Below are positions 37,406 through 46,753 of a stretch of DNA of 64,000 bases, in pieces; position 1 is the stretch's first letter; every line of letters starts with the position of its first letter. Made by a program: the position numbers and the translations under genes. Origin of the DNA: Candidatus Levyibacteriota bacterium (lineage in GTDB: Bacteria; Patescibacteriota; Microgenomatia; Levybacterales; UBA12049); contig CAWBPM010000002.1 of the NCBI GenBank assembly GCA_963790825.1, positions 618,815 through 682,814 on the forward strand, written 5' to 3'. The notes beneath the pieces were generated by a model. That model saw only the letters and a list, made by a program, of their open reading frames with translations, was not told the DNA's origin and ran no database searches.

Positions 37406-39310
37406 CTAGTACAGTACTCTCAATCTAATCGTTCCCGAAACTCTGTGCAAATTTTCCATCACTTGTTTATCATATACTCTATCCACATCGGTTATGGCGT
37501 AACCGACTGTTTCATTGGTTTTCAAGTGCTGGCTCAAAATATTAATTTTCTGCTCTGCAAATACCGTATTTATCTTCGCCAAAACACCAGGAACATTACG
37601 ATGGATATGAAGTAAACGATGCGCATGGCGTAGAGGTGAAACATGGATTTGCGGCATAGTAACCGACAATGTCGTATCACCGGCGTTAATGTATTCCAGC
37701 AGTCGATGTGAAACAAAAGTTCCAATATTTTCCTGTGCTTCCTTAGTACTGCCACCAACGTGAGGAGTCAGGATGACATTCGGAAGTCCTTGCAAAGGAG
37801 AAACAAAAGGTTCCGATTTCCCTTTCGGCTCCAGAGGAAATACATCAATTGCCGCTCCCCCGACTTTTCCTGACCTCAGAGCAGCAACCAGCGCATTAAT
37901 TTCCACCACAAATCCCCGGCTGAGATTTAAAAATAACACGCCGCCTTGCATTTGTTTAAACTCTTTTTCACCAATCAGGTTTCTGTTTTTCGGGTCGCCG
38001 TCAACATGAATCGTCACAATATCCGAATGTTTCAAAACTTCTGCCATTGACGAACAGGCTATAGCATTCCCCAAAGCCAGCTTTTCCGACGTGTTATAAA
38101 ACAATACTTTCATACCTAACGATTCGGCGAGAACTGATAGTTGCGAGCCGATATTTCCATAGCCGATAATCCCCAAGGTCTTGCCTCTGACTTCCATACT
38201 CCCCAGTTCTGATTTATCCCAGATACCCAGGTGTAAATTCGCACTTTTTGGGAACGTTCCCCGAGCGAGCGCAATAATCTCACCTATTGTCAACTCAACA
38301 ACACTTCTGGTATTACTAAACGGCGCATTAAAAACTGCAATTCCTCTCTCCGCTGTAGAGGATAAATCAATCTGATCGGTGCCGATACAAAATGCGCCAA
38401 TTGCCATGAGATGTTTCGCCTTTTCAAGCAGGTTCTTTGTAATTTTGCTTCGTGAGCGGATCCCGAGAATTGACACATCTGAAATTTTCTCTGCTAATTC
38501 TGTCTCGGTTAAACTTCGTTCAAAGAATTCCACAGCAAAACCTTCTCTTTCAAAAGCAGTGATTGCTTTTTGGTTCACTTTTTCTAGTAACAATACCAGC
38601 ATCCGGTTTTTCGGATATGATAATGCTTGAGGCAGATGATAAATATATAAAAATTCGTCAAAATTCGGAATCGCATAATCTGCTTTGATAGTCACTGCTT
38701 CGCGAAAAACGTTTTCAGTAAAAGCGATAAATTTCGCTTGAGGCAACTTTTTTTTTATTTCATAATCTGTATACCCATCACCGATAATAAATATATCTCC
38801 CTTTAACCCTAACGACTTGACCGCTTTCACTTTCCCGCCTTTTTGGCTGAGTGGATTTTTCTTATCTATTCCCAGTGCGTTCCCTTTTTTGTCAAACAAA
38901 AATTGGTTCGCAAGGACGTGTTCTTTGGGTATCCCGAATTCCGAAACAATCGGTAAAATAAACTCCCTAAATCCCCCGGAGATCAGGTAAATCTGTTTTT
39001 TATACGCTTTGAAAAACTGCTTATTCCGCGCAATCGATGGCGTTACTTTTTTCTTAAGTCGCTTGGCAACAATTGCCAAATCTGCTTGTGTAATTGGTAA
39101 TAGTTTCAGGCGTTTTTTCAAACTTTCCGCAAAAGATATTTTTCCTTCCATCCCTAAATCGGTAATCTCTTTAATTTTTTCAAGAATTTTTTCCCGATTG
39201 GGGTTCTTTTGCAAAACCACAGCAGCCAATTCTTCGAGACCCTCACATTGAATAAATGTGCTGTCAAAATCGATAATAAAGTAACTGTTCTGTTGTGTTT
39301 CTGCCTGCAT
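37406..39310 (-). CDS. fused phosphoserine phosphatase (HAD, N-terminal) / D-3-phosphoglycerate dehydrogenase (C-terminal, with ACT domain)
   Basis: N-terminal IIDFDSTFI (HAD motif I DxD) and IGDGYTDYE. From about residue 240, a 2-hydroxyacid dehydrogenase region with GKTLGIIGYGNIGSQL NAD-binding and catalytic HVGGST, followed by a C-terminal ACT-like domain. Confidence 0.75.
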   Translation of the reverse strand: MQAETQQNSYFIIDFDSTFIQCEGLEELAAVVLQKNPNREKILEKIKEITDLGMEGKISFAESLKKRLKLLPITQADLAIVAKRLKKKVTPSIARNKQFFKAYKKQIYLISGGFREFILPIVSEFGIPKEHVLANQFLFDKKGNALGIDKKNPLSQKGGKVKAVKSLGLKGDIFIIGDGYTDYEIKKKLPQAKFIAFTENVFREAVTIKADYAIPNFDEFLYIYHLPQALSYPKNRMLVLLLEKVNQKAITAFEREGFAVEFFERSLTETELAEKISDVSILGIRSRSKITKNLLEKAKHLMAIGAFCIGTDQIDLSSTAERGIAVFNAPFSNTRSVVELTIGEIIALARGTFPKSANLHLGIWDKSELGSMEVRGKTLGIIGYGNIGSQLSVLAESLGMKVLFYNTSEKLALGNAIACSSMAEVLKHSDIVTIHVDGDPKNRNLIGEKEFKQMQGGVLFLNLSRGFVVEINALVAALRSGKVGGAAIDVFPLEPKGKSEPFVSPLQGLPNVILTPHVGGSTKEAQENIGTFVSHRLLEYINAGDTTLSVTMPQIHVSPLRHAHRLLHIHRNVPGVLAKINTVFAEQKINILSQHLKTNETVGYAITDVDRVYDKQVMENLHRVSGTIRLRVLY

Positions 39311-39458
39311 GTTTCAGAGCATTATAGCAGGAGAAAGAAAAAGTAAAAAGCAATACTTTAAAGACAATCATTCATTATTGTAACGTATAAAACTGTCTGT
39401 CATTCTGGAGTGGATGCAATCCATAATAGAATCCCTTACAAATAATATGTCATCGCGA

Positions 39459-39557
39459 GCCACGTTCAGTTTACATGAACGTGGCGTGGCGATCTTCTGC
39501 CTAGATTGCTTCTTCTTCGGTAAGTTATAACACTGAGCGAAGCCGAGGTGCTCAGTG
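39459..39557. other. Two perfect stem-loops in a GC-richer 270-nt intergenic region
   Basis: GCCACGTTCA-GTTTACA-TGAACGTGGC (10-bp stem, 39459-39485) and CACTGAGC-11 nt-GCTCAGTG (8-bp stem, 39531-39557). The motif TGTCAT occurs three times in the region. Confidence 0.4.
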
Positions 39558-39604
39558 TCATGACCTGCCGAATCACGACGTGGGACTTTTTACGATAACA
39601 ACAT

Positions 39605-41311
39605 TTACTGTAAGATTCCGTTGTTTGTCATTACTTGGTATATTTGCTTGGTCGAATCTGCCGGAAAAATTTGGAACGAACGTTGAATGTCTAAAAGCGC
39701 GCTGTTTTTATCGCCTAACTCGTACCGGGCAATTCCTCGCTCTATTAAAATTTTTGGGTCATCAGGGTTTTCTTTCAAAGTGCTATTCGTAAAACTCAGC
39801 GCTTTTTTATAATCATGCGCTAATAAATATACTCTCCCCAAATTTTCCGAAGCATCGATAAGATTCCCTTTATTTACAACGTAGAGATAATATTTTTCTG
39901 CTTGTGTATAATCTTTTTTCTTTTCGTAATATATGCCGATATTATCCCAAGCCGTCCACCAATTCGGATTAAATTGTATTGCTTTTTTAAAATGCGCCAG
40001 CGCTTGGTCACTATTTCTTGCAAATAATTCACTCCCCAGATTATTTTCGAGTATAAAATTTCCCCCGGTAAATTGTATATCATGCGAGTATAAAGTAAAA
40101 GCATCCGCATAATCTGCATTTCTTATCATAGTCTGAATACCAAGAGTCAAAAACACGACAGTAAAGAGAGCCAGTAAGACCGCTTCATGCCGTTTAATGA
40201 ATGTTTTGTACTTTTCCCCGACTACGCCAATCATTCCCAGCATGCCGATAAAGGAAAAGCTAAACCATCGTTCTGCAACAGTTTGATCGAGAGGAAAAAT
40301 TTGTATATGAAATAAGATTCCCATAAAGTACCAGACCGCAAAAAAGAGAAACAGATTTTTGAAATGATTCTTGGCTTTTACTAAAACAATGTAGATAAAT
40401 ACTACGATACAAACAAAAACAATATCCAGAATAAGCGGCAGATAAAAATCCTGTATATTTGGAGATTTAATAATCCACTCAGGAGCAAGATACGTAGCAT
40501 GGGGTAAAAAAAATGAAGAAATGTAATACCAGCCTATTTTAGGCATGGAGATTACACGTATACTAAGCGGTATACTTTGCATAAGAGATTGGGCTATATA
40601 GGTTGCGTGTTGTGTACTTGCGGATATCCGCATAAAAACATAAACAATTACTGCTCCTGAAACAAATGCAAGATTTATCAGTCTTTCTTTTATTCGTTTA
40701 CTGATAAAAAGATACGAATAAAATAATGTCACGAAGATGAAAAGCGCGCCTGTTTCTTTTGACATAAGAGAAAGGGTAAACAGTAAAGCGGCCAGTAGTT
40801 TTTTTCTATAACCTGCCGGCTTTTGTGTAAATAAAAGAAGTCCGCTGATACCAAAGAAAAAATATAAAACATCTTGTGCCACTGCAATATACACGGTTGC
40901 CTCTTGATTCATTAGATGTACAAGAAATATAAGCGAGGACAATAACGATATTTTTTTAGCAAAAAATCTCGATAATAAGAGAAATATTAAATAGCCGTTA
41001 CAAACCTGAAGAGTGATCATGGGAAATCTGAAGAATAATGGCGTGATGCCAAAAATAGATTTAATAATTGAAAAATAAAAAAAAGGGAAGGGTCTGTAAT
41101 ATTGACCTAAAAAAGTATGGCTATGGGTGAGATCTACCTGTGACTGAAAAAATGTAATAAAAGAATGCGGGAATAAGGGAATTATTTGCAGGTTGTAAAT
41201 TTCCGAATCGTCTCCGACAAGTCCGTTAAAAAAAGCGTTCGCGTAAACGATGATCCCAACTATAAAAAGAATGAGAAAAGCCGTACGGTTTGTAATCTTT
41301 AACCATTTCAT
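39605..41311 (-). CDS. polytopic membrane protein with C-terminal TPR repeats (PMT_2/TMTC-like putative glycosyltransferase)
   Basis: About 11 N-terminal TM helices beginning AFLILFIVGIIVYANAFFNGLVGDD. The C-terminal 170 aa carry TPR-like repeats (ALAHFKKAIQFNPNWWTAWDNIGIYYEKKKDYTQAEKYY...). Confidence 0.6.
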   Translation of the reverse strand: MKWLKITNRTAFLILFIVGIIVYANAFFNGLVGDDSEIYNLQIIPLFPHSFITFFQSQVDLTHSHTFLGQYYRPFPFFYFSIIKSIFGITPLFFRFPMITLQVCNGYLIFLLLSRFFAKKISLLSSLIFLVHLMNQEATVYIAVAQDVLYFFFGISGLLLFTQKPAGYRKKLLAALLFTLSLMSKETGALFIFVTLFYSYLFISKRIKERLINLAFVSGAVIVYVFMRISASTQHATYIAQSLMQSIPLSIRVISMPKIGWYYISSFFLPHATYLAPEWIIKSPNIQDFYLPLILDIVFVCIVVFIYIVLVKAKNHFKNLFLFFAVWYFMGILFHIQIFPLDQTVAERWFSFSFIGMLGMIGVVGEKYKTFIKRHEAVLLALFTVVFLTLGIQTMIRNADYADAFTLYSHDIQFTGGNFILENNLGSELFARNSDQALAHFKKAIQFNPNWWTAWDNIGIYYEKKKDYTQAEKYYLYVVNKGNLIDASENLGRVYLLAHDYKKALSFTNSTLKENPDDPKILIERGIARYELGDKNSALLDIQRSFQIFPADSTKQIYQVMTNNGILQ

Positions 41312-41412
41312 TTAGTCTACTATAGCAAAAAATATAGAGAAGGATACAATTAACAAGCTGAAAATACTAGGTTGTAAGCTACTCTTTGGATTTTATAAGG
41401 AAACTTTTATGG

Positions 41413-41440
41413 CTTGACACTGCGTCTCTTTTAGTTATAT
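41413..41440 (+). promoter_or_regulatory. sigma70-like promoter candidate (TTGACA-16 nt-TATATT), near-leaderless
   Basis: TTGACA at 41413-41418 and TATATT at 41435-41440; ATG at 41453. Confidence 0.4.
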
Positions 41441-41452
41441 TATCATGTTCAT

Positions 41453-41659
41453 ATGACCACCACTGATGTAACACAAATCTCAGAGTTACTTGACCAAAAA
41501 CTTGAACCTATACATCAAGAATTAAAACAACATAGAAAAATGCTTAAATCGCTTAAGAAAGACCAGGATACAATGTTAGATATGCTTGATAAAGAACAAA
41601 TGGATCAAAGAAGAAGATTGAAACGAGTTGAAGAACATCTCGCTATTACTCCATCTTAA
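41453..41659 (+). CDS. hypothetical small coiled-coil protein (68 aa)
   Basis: ORF with promoter candidate; a charged, heptad-like sequence. Confidence 0.4.
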   Translation: MTTTDVTQISELLDQKLEPIHQELKQHRKMLKSLKKDQDTMLDMLDKEQMDQRRRLKRVEEHLAITPS

Positions 41660-41726
41660 CTCTCCTCTCCGATAAGTTAAAATTGGCTCTTGTGACTATG
41701 TCGGAACTTTTTATAGTCACAGATTG

Positions 41727-42251
41727 TTATTCGTTTAAATGAAATGTTTTAATTATTTTAGCTGGGGTCAGGCCGTCCCCTTTGATAAGAGAAATATTGT
41801 CGAAATTAGAGGTTATATGGATATTCATTCTTTCTGCTTCTCCGTAACCTTTTTCAAATAATTCTTTGTTAAAAACATTATTCTCTTTTCCAAAATAGCC
41901 AAGCGTTATATGAGGGCTAAATGGAATATCAGTTTGGAGATACGGAGCTAATATTCCAGAATACAATTTCTCATGCAGATTAACTATTTCTTCATCCCCT
42001 TCTTTAACTTGAAGAAAAAGATAGTCGTCAAAAGATTTTATTAAACCGCTTAAAACAATTGGGAAAGGTTTTACTTCTTTGCTAATCCTTTCAACATGCT
42101 CAGCAAGTTGGTTTTCAGAGATATCTGATACAGGAAAAACTATTGTTATATGCGGAGGAATTATCTTCCAACCAGGATCATATTTTCTCCTAAACTTATC
42201 AATCGCATTTGAATTTATTTTTGGAAAATATACTACAGCGAGTTGTTGCAC
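41727..42251 (-). CDS. 2H phosphoesterase superfamily protein (LigT / 2'-5' RNA ligase-like)
   Basis: Two H-x-T-x motifs in the two halves (HITIVF and HITLGYF), 174 aa. Confidence 0.7.
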   Translation of the reverse strand: MQQLAVVYFPKINSNAIDKFRRKYDPGWKIIPPHITIVFPVSDISENQLAEHVERISKEVKPFPIVLSGLIKSFDDYLFLQVKEGDEEIVNLHEKLYSGILAPYLQTDIPFSPHITLGYFGKENNVFNKELFEKGYGEAERMNIHITSNFDNISLIKGDGLTPAKIIKTFHLNE

Positions 42252-42329
42252 TCATACAGTATAGCAAAAGTTCAAATCTGAGTTGGAGCTTTTACTGGCA
42301 AGCCTGGGTTCGAACAAAGCAGGAGGCCA

Positions 42330-42385
42330 CTATCTTTCCGAATCCAAAAACGTACACTTGTACCCATTTGATTCGCCCTTTTCTT
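42330..42385. repeat. Partial duplicate of the folA 3' coding end (direct repeat of 44456-44500)
   Basis: AAAAACGTACACTTGTACCCATTTGATTCGCCCTTTTCTTCA versus AAAAACGTATACTTGTACCCGTTTGATTCGCCCTTTTCTTCA, 40/42 identical and in the same orientation. Confidence 0.75.
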
Positions 42386-42430
42386 CAGCTACTACTTTTT
42401 AAAATATGTTATGCTATAGAGAGTTACCCT

Positions 42431-43834
42431 ATGAAATATATTGTCTTTACTTTTGACGGATCAGGCACTCCTGTTGCTCAGCATCTGCAGATGGAAGGCC
42501 AGGATGTAGTACTGGCTCTAGTCCAGAGTATGAGTAGCCTAGCCGCTCCGGGTGATGATATCTATATGGAGGGACGAAAAGATAAGGAGGGTCGTCTTTC
42601 TGTGTTTGACGGTATTGTGAAGAAAAAATCAGCAGAAGAACTTCTGAAAGAAATGAAAACATATAAGAATCCTCAGGATTATTTCGTATTTTTTGACACG
42701 AATGGATTATATGCACTTGCGGAACAAATCAAAGACTTAGGTTTCCATGGTAATTTCCCAACTCACGAGGACTATTTATATGAAATGGATCGAGATAAAG
42801 CCAAAGAATTTGTCAAAAAATACTACTCCAAATTACATATTGCCCGGAAGAAAGAATTCGCCAAAGTCGCTGACGCGAAAAAATTCTTAGCGAATACCGA
42901 TGAGGTCTGGGTGTTAAAAGCGAACAGTGAGTCGTTAACTGCTTTTGTGCCCAGTGTTGATGATCCGATTCTAGCCTCCCATGCGGTAATTGAAGTTTTA
43001 GATAAAGACGCAGCTTCTTATGAGTCTGAAGGATTCATCCTGGAAGTACTTATCCCCTCTGTTATGGAAGTTACTCCCGAAAAAATATATTATGACGGTG
43101 AACCGGTCGCTACATGTATAGATATTGAGAACAAACCAATTGGCAGTGGAAATATTTCTGTTCAAACCGGCTGTGCTGCGGATCTTGTTTTCCCTATTGC
43201 TATGGAAGAGAGGATTAATCAGATTGCCTTTCCGCCGATTGTTGATGAACTGGCTAAAAAGCATAAAGGGTTATTTTACTGGGATGCGTCAATTTTAATT
43301 AATAAAAGAGACGGAAAAATGTATTTTGGCGAATTCTGCCCTAACAGACCGGGGTACAATGCTATCTTTACTGAATTTGCCCAGTGCGGTAGTGTGCATG
43401 AATATTTCGAAAATATAGTCCAGAAAAAAAATCCATTTACTTTAGGGACTGTCGCGTCCTCTATTAAAATATTTAATTTACACAGGGATAATGATACCCA
43501 ACAAATACTCGGCGGACTAACAGTCGATTTCGCGCCGGAGGTTGAAAAGGATATTTGGTTATGGGATGCAAAGAAAAAAGGAAAAAAACTTGTCAATACC
43601 GGTTATGGCGATATTATCGCTGTTATTACCGGATCTGGAACATCTGTTGAAGAAGCAGTCAATAGAATGTATCGAAATTTAGAAAAATTTTCTTTCCTCG
43701 ACGCGTATTATCGTCCGAAAGCGGATTTTCTGTCGCTTGGATATTCGACTTCTATTCTCAATCGCCTCAATTACGGTATGGATCGGGGATTATATCAAAT
43801 ACCATTTAATGTAAAAGTTGGAGATATCCTGTAA
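42431..43834 (+). CDS. ATP-grasp superfamily enzyme (PurD-like); start taken at internal MKYIVFTFDGSG
   Basis: N-terminal pre-ATP-grasp Rossmann-like segment MKYIVFTFDGSGTPVAQHLQMEGQDVVLA resembles the PurD N-domain. The central region is consistent with ATP-grasp. The family assignment is tentative. Confidence 0.45.
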   Translation: MKYIVFTFDGSGTPVAQHLQMEGQDVVLALVQSMSSLAAPGDDIYMEGRKDKEGRLSVFDGIVKKKSAEELLKEMKTYKNPQDYFVFFDTNGLYALAEQIKDLGFHGNFPTHEDYLYEMDRDKAKEFVKKYYSKLHIARKKEFAKVADAKKFLANTDEVWVLKANSESLTAFVPSVDDPILASHAVIEVLDKDAASYESEGFILEVLIPSVMEVTPEKIYYDGEPVATCIDIENKPIGSGNISVQTGCAADLVFPIAMEERINQIAFPPIVDELAKKHKGLFYWDASILINKRDGKMYFGEFCPNRPGYNAIFTEFAQCGSVHEYFENIVQKKNPFTLGTVASSIKIFNLHRDNDTQQILGGLTVDFAPEVEKDIWLWDAKKKGKKLVNTGYGDIIAVITGSGTSVEEAVNRMYRNLEKFSFLDAYYRPKADFLSLGYSTSILNRLNYGMDRGLYQIPFNVKVGDIL

Positions 43835-43847
43835 AATTCTTAACCGT

Positions 43848-44285
43848 TTATCTTACTTTCCAACGTTTTGTTTGTTTTTTAACTTCTTTATTTTTTTTAG
43901 AATTTACTTTTACTTTTGCACTATAGATAGCTTTTTGACACTCTTTCCAATCCATTCCCATATTCTCAATAAAGTGTTTCTCTATTGTATTGGCCATGCG
44001 ATGATATTTACGATACAGCTTATATTCCTTCTTGTGTTTTTCTGAAGCTTCATAATCAGTATCAAACGCGTCAATCATCTCTACCGGAATCCCGGCCGAT
44101 CTGATTAAGCTGTACTCAATAAATTCATGCAGCATAATACCATTGTTGATAATGGGATTTTCCATATCGTAAGAGATAATTGTTGTGTCAAAGTAGTCTC
44201 CCACGTCATCATAACGCATCGACTTAAATATTTTAAACTTAAGCTTAGAGTAATCTATCAGTTTGTCCAGAATTTTCTGTTTCAT
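43848..44285 (-). CDS. hypothetical protein (145 aa)
   Basis: ORF track. Confidence 0.4.
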   Translation of the reverse strand: MKQKILDKLIDYSKLKFKIFKSMRYDDVGDYFDTTIISYDMENPIINNGIMLHEFIEYSLIRSAGIPVEMIDAFDTDYEASEKHKKEYKLYRKYHRMANTIEKHFIENMGMDWKECQKAIYSAKVKVNSKKNKEVKKQTKRWKVR

Positions 44286-44444
44286 AGACAGTAATTATAG
44301 CGCAATAACAGCCTTTAGTAAAGTACGGAAACCTGAGGCTAAAAAGGAGAACAAGGTATTAATTTGAACATAAACTATACTCACATCTCGACGACACCTA
44401 TCATTCTGTAAGCTTATAGTTTAGGAAATTTTTATAAGAATATT

Positions 44445-44939
44445 TTATTTTCTCAGGTCTAAAAACGTATACTTGTACCCGTTTGATTCGCCCTTTTCTT
44501 CATACGCGATTTTTGTAAATATCTTTTTATATTCCGGGAAAAAGGCGTCGCCATTGATCGTCGTATGGACAATCGTTAAATAGAGTTTATCGGCAAACGT
44601 AATTGCCTGCTTAAAAATCTGTCCGCCGCCGATGATGAAAATCTCCTGTTTTTCATAATGCCAGGCGATTTCAATTGCCTGTTCTAAAGAATTTGCCGTT
44701 GTCGTATCCGCGTTTCCGACAAATAACCCAGATGTGTGCGTAATAATAATATTTGTTCGCCTTGGGAGAGCTTTTCCGATCGATTCATACGTTTTCCGTC
44801 CCATGATAACGACATGGCCGGAAGTAAGTTTTTTAAAACGTTTCAAATCCTCAGGAATATGCCAGGGAAGTTTATTCTCTTTCCCTATCACCCGGTTTTC
44901 AGAAAGTGCTGCAATAAGACTAATTTTCGGCGTATTCAT
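44445..44939 (-). CDS. folA: dihydrofolate reductase
   Basis: ISLIAALSENRVIGKENKLPWHIPEDLKRFKKLTSGHVVIMGRKTYESIG, GGGQIF, 164 aa. Confidence 0.9.
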   Translation of the reverse strand: MNTPKISLIAALSENRVIGKENKLPWHIPEDLKRFKKLTSGHVVIMGRKTYESIGKALPRRTNIIITHTSGLFVGNADTTTANSLEQAIEIAWHYEKQEIFIIGGGQIFKQAITFADKLYLTIVHTTINGDAFFPEYKKIFTKIAYEEKGESNGYKYTFLDLRK

Positions 44940-44972
44940 TTTTATATATTGCTTAATTTTGCGTTTGCTTAG

Positions 44973-44998
44973 TGTTTTTTCGCAATGACGAATGTTAC
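44973..44998. repeat. Intergenic repeat core GTGTTTTTTCGCAATGACGAATGTTAC (family of 23976-24002)
   Basis: 23/27 identical to copy A. Confidence 0.5.
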
Positions 44999-45140
44999 AC
45001 CCTGCCTGCTAGATAACAAATAAAGGTACGAGTTATATAGGCACCCAGTTTTTTATTTGTTCTCAAGAACCGGTCATAAGAAAAAATACTGAGCAAACGT
45101 ATCTAGTTTTGTTCTTACCCTTGTATTTTAACACAGAATA

Positions 45141-45839
45141 TTGTACTATTCTTCCGAGGTATTTACTACATTTAATATAGAATCGTTTAATTCTTCATCT
45201 CAATTTTCTAACCCCGATTTAATCGGGACTCATTCTAAACAAAACGCACCACCGCCATTGCGCGTTTTGATCGTGGATAACTATTCAGAACAGCTTGATC
45301 ACCTGCATCAATTATTAGCAGGACACAGCCTGGAAGTGGTCACGGCAGCCCACGTCTCTTCCGAGAAAGCTTCAGAAAAAGATCTTATCATACTTTCAGG
45401 CGGAGGAAAATATTCCGTTGCGAAATATGCTAATACAGTTTACCGAAAAGAAATCGATTTAGTCAAAAACGAAACAGTCGATGTCCCGATTCTAGGAATT
45501 TGCCTGGGTCTGCAAATAATTGCCTATGCATATGGATCATTACTCATACCGCTTCCTAAGAAACGAAAAGAGACTATTACTATAACTATGGAACAAAATG
45601 AACCGATTAGCGGTAATCGAACAGAAGCTAAAGTTTATGAATGTCATCGCTGGGCCGTAGGTCTAACTGGAAATGAATTAGAGATACTTGCCACTTCCGA
45701 AGACGGAGTGGAAATTGTCAGACATAGCCAAAGATTGACGTATGGTGTACAATTCCATCCAGAAACCACTGCGAAGAGTGCAGATGGCAAAATAATTTTT
45801 GACAACTTTTTACAGATGATTCCGAGAAGAGCTATATAA
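45141..45839 (+). CDS. class I glutamine amidotransferase-like protein
   Basis: GICLGLQ nucleophile-elbow Cys, HRWAV, and VQFHPE His/Glu region (TrpG/PabA/GuaA-type triad). Confidence 0.65.
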   Translation: MYYSSEVFTTFNIESFNSSSQFSNPDLIGTHSKQNAPPPLRVLIVDNYSEQLDHLHQLLAGHSLEVVTAAHVSSEKASEKDLIILSGGGKYSVAKYANTVYRKEIDLVKNETVDVPILGICLGLQIIAYAYGSLLIPLPKKRKETITITMEQNEPISGNRTEAKVYECHRWAVGLTGNELEILATSEDGVEIVRHSQRLTYGVQFHPETTAKSADGKIIFDNFLQMIPRRAI

Positions 45840-45891
45840 TAATTAAAAGAGGGTAAGCGAGGAATGAATTTACTTAATAAAAGAGCGCGAA

Positions 45892-45918
45892 GTGTTTCAT
45901 TTTCGCAGAATGTAAGCG
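45892..45918. repeat. Intergenic repeat core GTGTTTCATTTTCGCAGAATGTAAGCG (family of 23976-24002)
   Basis: Shares TTTTCGCAGA..GAATG and a GGTAAGCGAGGAATGAAT segment with copy A. Confidence 0.4.
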
Positions 45919-45964
45919 AACTGCGTATTCAAGAAAATGGAATACTTCGTGATATTTTAATTTA

Positions 45965-46750
45965 TTGTTCCAAGCGAATTTTCAAACTCTAAATTATATG
46001 CAAGTTACACCGTATAAAACGAAAAAAGTTCGGGTCGGAGACGATTTATACCAGATTCTGGATCGTTATTTGCCAGATCTTCACGAAAAAGACGTCGTCG
46101 TCATTACTTCCAAAATCGTGGCTATTTGCCAAGGACGAGTGGTGAAAAATGATGGTAGTATCAATAAGCTTGACCTCATGAGAAAAGAAGCTCAATTGTA
46201 TTTACCTGAACGACATATTCGTCATGGTATCCATCTGACTATTACTCACGATTTATTTATCGCCAGCGCCGGCATTGACGAATCCAACGGCAACGGCTAC
46301 TTTATTCTCTGGCCGAAAGATATTGAAAAAACAGTGAACGAGATTTGGCGTTATCTACGCCGTAAACATGAGTTAAGACACTTAGGTGTAATCATCACCG
46401 ACAGTCATTTATCACCACTTCGAAGAGGAATTACCGGACTCGGAATTGGCTGGTGTGGATTTCAAGCATTGACCGACTATATCGGTAAACCCGATATTTT
46501 CGGCAGACTGTTAAAATTTACCATGACCAACCTACTCGATGGATTGGCTGCTTCAGCAGTTTTGCTGATGGGAGAAGGATTTGAGCAAACACCTTTATCG
46601 GTTATTTCAGGTACGCCGTTTCTTCAGTTTCAAAATCGCGTCCCGACGAAGAAAGAATTGGCTTTTATGAAAATAGCAATAGCAGATGATGTTTTCGGCG
46701 GATTAATCGACAGTGTTCGGTGGTCCAAAGGCGGTCAGTACGAAAAATAA
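45965..46750 (+). CDS. CofE-like gamma-glutamyl ligase family protein (F420-0:gamma-glutamyl ligase fold)
   Basis: VIITDSHLSPLRRGITGLGIGWCGF matches the CofE core IITDT.GR..R.G..G.AIG..G. DESNGNGY resembles the CofE metal/nucleotide loop. Confidence 0.5.
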   Translation: MFQANFQTLNYMQVTPYKTKKVRVGDDLYQILDRYLPDLHEKDVVVITSKIVAICQGRVVKNDGSINKLDLMRKEAQLYLPERHIRHGIHLTITHDLFIASAGIDESNGNGYFILWPKDIEKTVNEIWRYLRRKHELRHLGVIITDSHLSPLRRGITGLGIGWCGFQALTDYIGKPDIFGRLLKFTMTNLLDGLAASAVLLMGEGFEQTPLSVISGTPFLQFQNRVPTKKELAFMKIAIADDVFGGLIDSVRWSKGGQYEK

Positions 46751-46753
46751 CAC

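Noticed and set aside
42296-42320. GGGTTCGAAC T-loop-like motif suggesting a tRNA gene or tRNA-derived att site
   Set aside because: No acceptor, D or anticodon stems could be formed around it on either strand, so no tRNA is reported. Kept only as a note in the folA-repeat finding.
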